Below are positions 9,107-16,800 of a stretch of 64,000 nucleotides of DNA, in pieces; the first letter of the stretch is position 1; every line of letters starts with the position of its first letter. Location: NCBI GenBank assembly GCA_030747485.1, contig JASLKP010000001.1, forward strand, positions 137,971 to 201,970, written 5' to 3'. Under the pieces are notes generated by a model. It saw only the letters and a program-made list of their open reading frames with translations. It searched no databases and had not been told where the DNA came from. The DNA is from Candidatus Thalassarchaeaceae archaeon (GTDB lineage Archaea; Thermoplasmatota; Poseidoniia; Poseidoniales; Thalassarchaeaceae). A program made the translations under genes and the position numbers.

Positions 9107-10360
9107 TCACCCCTTGACGCCTCCAGCGCTGAGTCCCTGAATCAGGAACTTCTGGAATACGATGAAAAGTATGGCGACTGGAAGACTGACCAACAGGCTT
9201 GCTGCGGCGAAGTCACCCCACGCTTGACCGGTTGAGGAAATGAGGCTAGCAAGACCAACAGGTAGTGTGTACATGTCGTTTGAAGTGTTGAATGTCAATG
9301 CCAAGAGGTACTCATTCCATGCTGCTAAGAAACTGAATAAAGCGGTCACGGCGACGGCAGGAATCGAGAGAGGGAGGACAACCTTTTGGAAGACCTGCGC
9401 TTGATTGCATCCATCCAATAAAGCGGCTTCTTCTAACTCCCTTGGAACGGTGTCAAAGAAGCCTTTCAGCATCCATACACACAGCGGTAATGCTGTGACA
9501 GAATAGGCAAGGATTAACCCGAGGCTTGTATTCAATAATCCAAGTGTTTTCATCACGAGGAAATATGGAACGAGAATAATGATTCCAGGGAACATCTGAA
9601 CCAGAAGGAAAGCAAACATGGCTGAATCACGCCCACGGAATCGGAAGCGACTGAATGCATAGGCTGCTGGAACCGCTAAAGAAAGTCCCATCACTGTTGT
9701 TCCAAGACTCACGATGATTGAATTGCGTAACCAAATCCAAAAACTAGAATCTGGATCTAGAATCTTGGAAAAATGCTCACCGGTCCATTCAGATGGTCGA
9801 ATATCGCCACCAAGCATGTTGCCAGGAGTCAGTGCGACATTGAGAATCCACAGCACAGGGATGAGGACAACGAAGACAGCATGCATCAGTAGGATGTGAG
9901 AACCGATGGCACCCAAGCGAGGTGCGAGCACCTTGTTACGACTCAATCCCAATTCTGCTCCACGAATCGTAATACGACCTTTGGCCCAAGCCGAGACATT
10001 CGGTGAAGAAAGCCACCAAATTGCTAGGGTTGCTGGTCCAATCATCCATCCAGCAAGCCAGAAATCAATGGCCATCTGTGGCCCTGCACCAAATCGAAGT
10101 ACACCGATGATGAGGGTCAATCCTGCCTTGAAAATCGAGGTATCCCTCTTCCAAACAGCCTTACCATCGGGCAACACCCACCACAGAATACTGAGGGTGA
10201 CTGTTCCAAGAAGGGCGAGTTGCAGTGAGAGCGTGTCTTCTCGGAGCCAATCGATAACCATCAAGAGAAGGTTGGTAAGGATCGATATCGACAGCCATAA
10301 GCGAAGTGTAAGCACTTCAATCGGTACGTACCAGCGACGTGCAAGTCCGAGTTTACTCAT
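9107..10360 (-). CDS. Carbohydrate ABC transporter permease (MalG-like) with an N-terminal membrane extension of about 150 aa
   Basis: The C-terminal 270 aa have the CUT1 permease layout, including an EAA-loop-like segment (ELEEAALLDGCNQAQVFQKVVLP). Extra hydrophobic helices precede it. The start overlaps the upstream gene by 4 nt. Confidence 0.85.
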   Translation of the reverse strand: MSKLGLARRWYVPIEVLTLRLWLSISILTNLLLMVIDWLREDTLSLQLALLGTVTLSILWWVLPDGKAVWKRDTSIFKAGLTLIIGVLRFGAGPQMAIDFWLAGWMIGPATLAIWWLSSPNVSAWAKGRITIRGAELGLSRNKVLAPRLGAIGSHILLMHAVFVVLIPVLWILNVALTPGNMLGGDIRPSEWTGEHFSKILDPDSSFWIWLRNSIIVSLGTTVMGLSLAVPAAYAFSRFRFRGRDSAMFAFLLVQMFPGIIILVPYFLVMKTLGLLNTSLGLILAYSVTALPLCVWMLKGFFDTVPRELEEAALLDGCNQAQVFQKVVLPLSIPAVAVTALFSFLAAWNEYLLALTFNTSNDMYTLPVGLASLISSTGQAWGDFAAASLLVSLPVAILFIVFQKFLIQGLSAGGVKG

Positions 10361-12960
10361 GCGCTAGCCTCCGTTGCATTTGTTCGTTTCATGTAAACCC
10401 AAGAGAAGGCCACAAGCATGAGGAAGATGACGACAGACCAAGCAGCAGCAACGCCGTAGGCACCATCACGGAAGGCGACATCGTAAACGTATGTAATCAG
10501 AATATCTGTTTCTCCGGGTTCTCCAAAACGCAAGTCAGGGCCACCATCTGTCATGAGATAGATGACATTGAACATGTTGAATGTCCAAATGAATCCCAGC
10601 AGCGATAGAGGTACGATTGCACTCTTGAGATTCGGTAAAGTCAGATGTCGGAATTGATGCCATGAATTGACGCCGTCGACCTCGGCGGCCTCATACATTT
10701 CACGCGGTAGTGCCTGAATTGCACCACTGAGTGACATCATCATAAACGGTACACCAAGCCATATATTGACGAGAATTACAAGCATCTTTGCACCACTGGC
10801 ATCGGAGAGTAAATCAAGATCGGTGCCCAACAAATCGTTGACCATCCCTTCGGGCTGAAGGATTCCTTTCCACACAAGCACAGAGATGTATGAAGGTATG
10901 GCCCACGGCAACAGGAGGGCGGTCCTGTAAGCCGTTCTCCCCTTGATGTGAGGATTATCAAGAATCAATGCCAAGGCGAGTCCCAAGGCCACGTGGGCAA
11001 TCACATTGCAAATCGTCCAAACAAGTGTGAATATTGTGACTCGAATAAAACCAGATGATTGGAGCACAGCAACGAAATTAGCGAAACCGACCCATGCCTG
11101 TTCACCGAGGTGAGTCTGATCCGCATCTGTAAACGACAACCAAATTCCGTATATTACAGGATAAAATGTCAATATTGCCAGAGATAGAAGCGCTGGTGCG
11201 ATGTAAAAATGTGCCAATTTTCCACGATGTTTTCCCTCACGCGCATCGCGCCATCGAAGGTATGACAATAAGGCAATCAGAGAAAGTGCGATGGAACCGA
11301 TTGCAAACAAGACAGGGGAGGTATCTGGTGATGGTGGGAGCACATCTGCAACGGTAGTGGTGAAATTGAATTCTGCAATTAAAACAGGCAGCGCGTCACC
11401 ACCATAATCAGCGTACACCTGAATCAGGTGAAGTACATCAGGGTACATTCCCGTTAGACTACAACTCCAGTTTCCTGCTGTTGTAGGTACCATCGCCACA
11501 CCATTTTCAGAGCGAGGGATTGGGCTTCCATCTGCCCAGCAATCATCATACCATTCACCAGATTCAGGGGTGAATTCACCCACTCCGGAATACAGAATAG
11601 AATGTTGTATGTCATCGACTTTCACGATATATGTCATCGCAGATACATCGGTATCCACTTCAATGGTTATCGTACGATATCCTGGCTCAAGAGGGAAGGG
11701 CTCAGAAGTTGATTGTCCAGAAATCAACACATCCATTTCCTCATCGGCACCCGAGAGGGCATCTTCTGCTGATGCAATATTTGCATGTACTTGCTCAAAT
11801 GCAGTGGAAAGAGGACCATACACCAACGACATCTCTCTTGTTGTTGGTGCTGGTGTTGCAACTTCAGCCTGTGCTAGGAAACCTGCAAGAACTGGATCTG
11901 CTTGTACTTCCACATCGTTGGCTGTATCTACAGCAGTTGGCATGGTTGTGGTTTCCAAAGCAAATGCCTTCTGAACAGTTGGAGAGGATAGATGGAGAGC
12001 CAATTGTGTAGCAGCAATTTTTTGGGTACTCTGTTTAGAAATCGACCAACCCTTGTAGGTCACAAGTGGAGATGAACGTAGACCTGTGTCCTCTACTATG
12101 GGCAACAGTGTTTGGCCTACATCCAGTCGACTAGCCTCGTATGTCGCCCAATTCCATGGTCCATCGACAATCATTGCAGCTTGAGATTGAATGAATTGAG
12201 ATTCCATTGTTTCAATTTGTGTACCCGTTGAGACTACTTCGTGTTCTTGTTCAAGTGAGATGACCCAATCTAGAGCGGCTGCACTTCCATTAGAGTCCAA
12301 AGTGGGTTCACCTGACTCATTGAACAATGAACCACCAAATCCAGTTTGCCAAGGGAACCACCAGTAAGCAACCTTGACTGGGATCGCCAAGCCGTGTACA
12401 CCACCTGTCGTTAGACTCTGAGCTGCTGAAAGGAAGTCATCTGTTGTCCAATTTTCATTGGGATAAGAGATGCCTTGTGCATCGAATAGCGCACGGTTGT
12501 AAAGCAAGGATAAGCAATCTTGACTGGCAGGGACGCCATACAGTGCATCACCATAGCGCATTGCTTGGAGAGCCTGATGATCGAATATGTCTCGTTCAGC
12601 AGGTGTAAGGTGAGGTCGTAGGTCTTCTAGCAATGGGAACCCATCGACTCGTACTTCGCCAATCTTCCCCAATTGGTCACTAGAAAGACGGACCAAGTCG
12701 GGAGCCTCACCTCCTTGAGCCGCTGTGAGAAATAATTGATCAGCATCTCCAAATGGAATCGCAGTTACCTCGACAGAAATATGCGGGTGGCTTTGTTCAA
12801 AATCAGCGATTGCAGATAAGAATGTGGCTTCTTCCTTGCTCTCTGCAGCAAATGAATGCCATGCCTCAATGGTAATATCAACATCACCTGATGCGGTAAC
12901 ATGACTCATTGGAAATACAAGCAAGAGTGCAATCAATGCAGCCAAGCAAGTCTTGCGCAT
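10357..12960 (-). CDS. Fusion protein: family-1 extracellular solute-binding protein, an Ig-like spacer and a MalF-like ABC permease
   Basis: The signal peptide MRKTCLAALIALLLVFPMSHVTA is followed by about 400 aa of SBP-like sequence (ITIEAWHSFA...FEQSHPHISVEVTAIPFGD...GEAPDLV). Next come a spacer of about 130 aa and a TM helix. The C-terminal part is a CUT1 permease core (AHFYIAPALL...EAAEVDGVNSWHQFRHLTLP). Confidence 0.85.
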   Translation of the reverse strand: MRKTCLAALIALLLVFPMSHVTASGDVDITIEAWHSFAAESKEEATFLSAIADFEQSHPHISVEVTAIPFGDADQLFLTAAQGGEAPDLVRLSSDQLGKIGEVRVDGFPLLEDLRPHLTPAERDIFDHQALQAMRYGDALYGVPASQDCLSLLYNRALFDAQGISYPNENWTTDDFLSAAQSLTTGGVHGLAIPVKVAYWWFPWQTGFGGSLFNESGEPTLDSNGSAAALDWVISLEQEHEVVSTGTQIETMESQFIQSQAAMIVDGPWNWATYEASRLDVGQTLLPIVEDTGLRSSPLVTYKGWSISKQSTQKIAATQLALHLSSPTVQKAFALETTTMPTAVDTANDVEVQADPVLAGFLAQAEVATPAPTTREMSLVYGPLSTAFEQVHANIASAEDALSGADEEMDVLISGQSTSEPFPLEPGYRTITIEVDTDVSAMTYIVKVDDIQHSILYSGVGEFTPESGEWYDDCWADGSPIPRSENGVAMVPTTAGNWSCSLTGMYPDVLHLIQVYADYGGDALPVLIAEFNFTTTVADVLPPSPDTSPVLFAIGSIALSLIALLSYLRWRDAREGKHRGKLAHFYIAPALLSLAILTFYPVIYGIWLSFTDADQTHLGEQAWVGFANFVAVLQSSGFIRVTIFTLVWTICNVIAHVALGLALALILDNPHIKGRTAYRTALLLPWAIPSYISVLVWKGILQPEGMVNDLLGTDLDLLSDASGAKMLVILVNIWLGVPFMMMSLSGAIQALPREMYEAAEVDGVNSWHQFRHLTLPNLKSAIVPLSLLGFIWTFNMFNVIYLMTDGGPDLRFGEPGETDILITYVYDVAFRDGAYGVAAAWSVVIFLMLVAFSWVYMKRTNATEASA

Positions 12961-12991
12961 CAGTGCTGACGTGACTGCATGAGGCTTTGAC

Positions 12992-13018
12992 TCATTCCCC
13001 GCCTACGGCGGGGAATGA
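12992..13018. repeat. GC-rich hairpin TCATTCCCCGCC-TAC-GGCGGGGAATGA (GTA-triloop family, opposite orientation)
   Basis: Perfect 12-bp stem read directly from the sequence. It coincides with the last eight sense codons plus the stop codon of the HAD ORF (..SFPAVGGE*). Confidence 0.75.
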
Positions 13019-13678
13019 CTCATTTGGAAAGATGTGGGGCCAAAGCAAACGACAATCCTGTTCAGTGACGTGAACAACACCTGCATCTTTGAAGCCATCA
13101 ATCGCACTTTGTTTCAAGCCATTGAATCCAATAAAATGGCTGCCGGGAATTCGCATTGATAAATCGGTCACATTATCTCCAATACTCACGACTTCTGATG
13201 CATCGACATTGTTTATTCGGGCGAATTTTTCTACCATCTTAGACTTGTGATGAGCTGGTACTCGTACCACCCCATCATCTAACAAAAATCCATCATCATC
13301 ATATTGGAAACCATTGGAAATCCAATCATCAACTTTCAGTAACTGTGCAATCGATCCAATCAACAAATCCACACCTGCACTAACGATGGCCACCATGATT
13401 CCTCGTGCTTTCAATGCATCAATCAATTCTCTAGCACCTGGCATGAGTTTGACGCCCTGAAAACAACGCATTAATTCATCACGATGGATGACCGGTTGAA
13501 CGGATTTCCATTTACCGATATCATCGGCCATGAACTCTTCATCAGTGAGTTCACCTCGAATGAAGCGATCTAACATTTCTCCACTATCTGTGCCGAAGTG
13601 TTTGTGAATAATTTGCCATGAAGCTACTGTATCGATTAATACACCATCACAATCGAAGCAGACGGCCTTAATTTTCAT
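12992..13678 (-). CDS. HAD-superfamily hydrolase (phosphoserine-phosphatase-like subfamily IB)
   Basis: HAD motif I is CFDCDGVLIDT at the N-terminus. Motif IV-like is VVSIGDNVTDLSM. The ORF is 228 aa. Confidence 0.8.
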   Translation of the reverse strand: MKIKAVCFDCDGVLIDTVASWQIIHKHFGTDSGEMLDRFIRGELTDEEFMADDIGKWKSVQPVIHRDELMRCFQGVKLMPGARELIDALKARGIMVAIVSAGVDLLIGSIAQLLKVDDWISNGFQYDDDGFLLDDGVVRVPAHHKSKMVEKFARINNVDASEVVSIGDNVTDLSMRIPGSHFIGFNGLKQSAIDGFKDAGVVHVTEQDCRLLWPHIFPNESFPAVGGE

Positions 13679-13743
13679 GAAATCACATCCACGCTACGCC
13701 ATAGCAGCGTCATGTAAGAATAAATGGGTAGAGGGAGCCGGGA

Positions 13744-13820
13744 CCCCCTCCTCACTAAAGTGAGGAGGGGGGCTCAGGGGGGCACCCCGTAGGGCGCCCC
13801 ACCTGCCACCTTCGGGTGGC
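13744..13820 (-). terminator. Array of three stem-loops immediately downstream of the giant ORF (putative termination/insulation region)
   Basis: The three structures are: 13744-13771, CCCCCTCCTCAC-TAAA-GTGAGGAGGGGG (12-bp stem); 13780-13800, GGGCACCCC-GTA-GGGCGCCCC (an imperfect family copy); and 13805-13820, GCCACC-TTCG-GGTGGC. The giant ORF stop is at 13840-13842. A terminator function is inferred, not shown. Confidence 0.45.
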
Positions 13821-13839
13821 CCCTGTGGTTCTCTTAGGC

Positions 13840-16800
13840 TCAGTACACTGGACTGATGGCCGGCGGGTTAAACGTTGCACCGTAGGTCATCAGGATGTAT
13901 GCACTGCCACCAGCTGGAGCGTACTGCAAGGTAATCGTTGCAGAGTCAATGCGCTCATCATCATTGGCAGGATCAGTCATGCGTACTTGGATGAAATCAC
14001 TAGCGCCAAATCCTGCAGAACAGTCTTGAGCACAGTTGATTGAATCCTTGTAAGTCACCAATGCATCGGGGCTGTTTGATGGAATACGGCCGTAGACACC
14101 ATCTGGGTTCGCCAGACTTGTCGTGTAACTTTGCATTTCACCTTCACCGTCCATCCATTCAACCTTGACGAACACTGCCTGAGCAGCCAACTCTTCACCG
14201 TCTAGGACGGCGATTCGCCAATACCAGAGACTTTCATCGCTGGTATGTTGGAATCGAGCTTCTTCATCGAAGGTCATTCGTGGTGTTGCCTTTCCTGTTG
14301 AGTCCTGTGCTAGGCTCTGTGCCCACACGTAGATGACACCAGAAAGTACCACAGTAATCGCAACGAGTAGAATCGTAGCGATCACAGGGCTAACTGCTTC
14401 ATCATCATCCGATAGAGCGGTGAACTCGGCCTCGTCATCATCCTGACGCGAACGCATCAAGAGAGCACCGACGAAGGCACCAACTAGGCTGACTGCAACC
14501 AAGCCTGGAGCGAAGCTCGAGACACTGAGTGCAGGTCGTAGCATTACCATTGATGGCAGACCATTGCCTGTGTCATCAGTGGTGACGTTGTTGTTACCCC
14601 AGTTCAACTCTTCAAGTGCTGATCGGCGGATTGAACTGTCAATGTAATCACCAGTGTGTGGGTTAATCGTGCGTACTTCAATGAACGCGCGAACATACTC
14701 AGACGGGTTATTGACAGTGACGTGTCCACGGATAGTCTTGGATTCGCCAATGCCAGGTACGTCGCCATTGTCCCAGCTCAGAGTGATCTGGTCCTGCATT
14801 AGTGTTGGGTTGTCATCGACGTAGAAGCGAACTTGTACATCGTGAGCATAGTTGTACTCTGCAGGGTCATCACCTAGGTTGGTAATGTCGATGTCAACTG
14901 GTACGCGGGTGCCCGGTAGGACAGCCTCGATGTTGAGCCAGTTGAAGTCGCCACCATCAGTGAACTGGTAGTCTGCTCGTGCTTCAGGCGTGTTGATTAC
15001 ACGGATGTAAATCGTCTCACGCACTGTGCGCTGTTCGTAGACACCGGATGGGCTCTGCGCATAGTCGATGTGACTTGGCGCGGTTGCCGTATCGTTCAAC
15101 CATAGGTAGACCGTACAGTATACACCACTAGGTGGCTGAATCTGGTGAACACCACCATCAGCTACACCATCTCCATCTGCGTCTTGCAAGAAGTCGATTT
15201 CAGATGTAGGTGCATCAGTTGCAGCGTCATCAATGAGATCCAACTCTAGCGTATCTGCTGCGTTATCAACAGTGATAGAGAAGTAGTTCTCATATGGACA
15301 TAGCTGAGTTTCCTCAACACTCCATGACAACTGCTCTAGTGGGTGGTCGTTGTCAGCCATTAGGCGACTTAGATCAAACGTTAGGTTTGTTGCATCTTCG
15401 TCGTCTTCCATGACATCCCAGAACCAATCCAACTGTAGTGATCCATTGCTGGTCTCAACATAGTCGCCTGCAACAGCATCGAAGGTTTCGATGACTGGTG
15501 CGTCGTTGACTGGGTTCACGATGAAGTTCACAGTAACATCTGCTGCTTCACTGTTCATGTTTGCTCCATCTGACAGACTCATGACGATGTCACAGTTACC
15601 ACCAGCCTCATTGGCGGTGTTCTCTGCAATCTCAATGACGTTCATTGTCACAGTAGTACTGAATGGTGTACAATCCAAGCCCTCATCCGCCATCCATGTG
15701 TATGTCTGTGGGATTGCTTCATTGTTCCAATCAGATTGGGTCTGCTCGTTTGCCATGTCTACAACATATGATAGAGACGCGTTTGACGTATCACCAAGTC
15801 CCTTTGTGATGAGACCATTGAAGTTCTCATCGTGGACGTTGAGGTTACCTGCACCGTCGTCGTAGAACACAGGCATACAATCGAAGCGTGCTGTGTTACA
15901 GATGATAGGTGGGTCATTGACGTTCCAAATACCGACGTTCATGGTCTGCATTGCCGTCATACCGTGACTGTCGATGACAGTCAAGACAAGTCGGTGACCA
16001 CCGAACTGATCCTGTAGTGTATCGATTGACAACGATGCGTCGTTCAATCCACCAGCAGTACCCGCGTTACCGTTCAGTGTGTACGAGTACGGTGTCGCGT
16101 AGGTGTGTGTGTTACCTGGATAGTCGGTTACGAACCAACTCAGTGAATCCGAGGTGTCTTGATGATCTGACGCCTTGTCATTCAGTGTGATGGTATGCGA
16201 ACCACTGTCCTCATCATATTCGACATCTACTAGGTTCTCAATCACTGGCTTCGCACGCAGGATGTCAATGGTGACATCTTGGTTCGTAGTCATGATTAGT
16301 GGTGCGTAGTCGCCCCAGTCGTAGTAGTCGCCTTCTGCGTTGTTGGTCTTCACCATAATCTGGTAGATGTGGGCGTTGCCCGGTGTGTTCGAACCAGTGT
16401 ATGTTCGGAAGATCAACAGATGGTCATCCAGAGTACCGTCAGCGAGGTCTCCTCCAACGAGGTTGAAGTTGCCCATCTCAGTGAAGGTTTGTCCACTGGT
16501 TGTTGACGGATCATAGGATTGCTCAGGGAACACTCCCGCAACTTGACCTGCCGAGCCGAAGCCAGGCACGCCATCCCACTGGGTCAGAGCGATCCAGCGG
16601 ACGTTGTGGGTTGGTGAACCAACGCAGTCCCATGGAATACGGAATTCACTCACTGGTGTCGATAGGTATGGGTTGCCCATGAACAGGTAAGCGTCTAGGC
16701 TTGTGCAACTCGAAGTTGTGTCGACCCAGTTACCTGTTGGCATGACCTTGCGGATACCCCAGTTGTTGAGGTCCTCCATCCATAGCATGTAATCTGCCTC

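Noticed and set aside
14443-14514. A PGF-CTERM-like archaeosortase sorting signal in the giant protein (FAPGLVAVSLVGAFVGALLMRSRQ)
   Set aside because: It has PGL rather than PGF and is not at the C-terminus of the ORF as it stands. None of the other surface proteins in the window has the motif, and no archaeosortase gene is in the window. It is kept only as supporting evidence that the adhesin once ended here.
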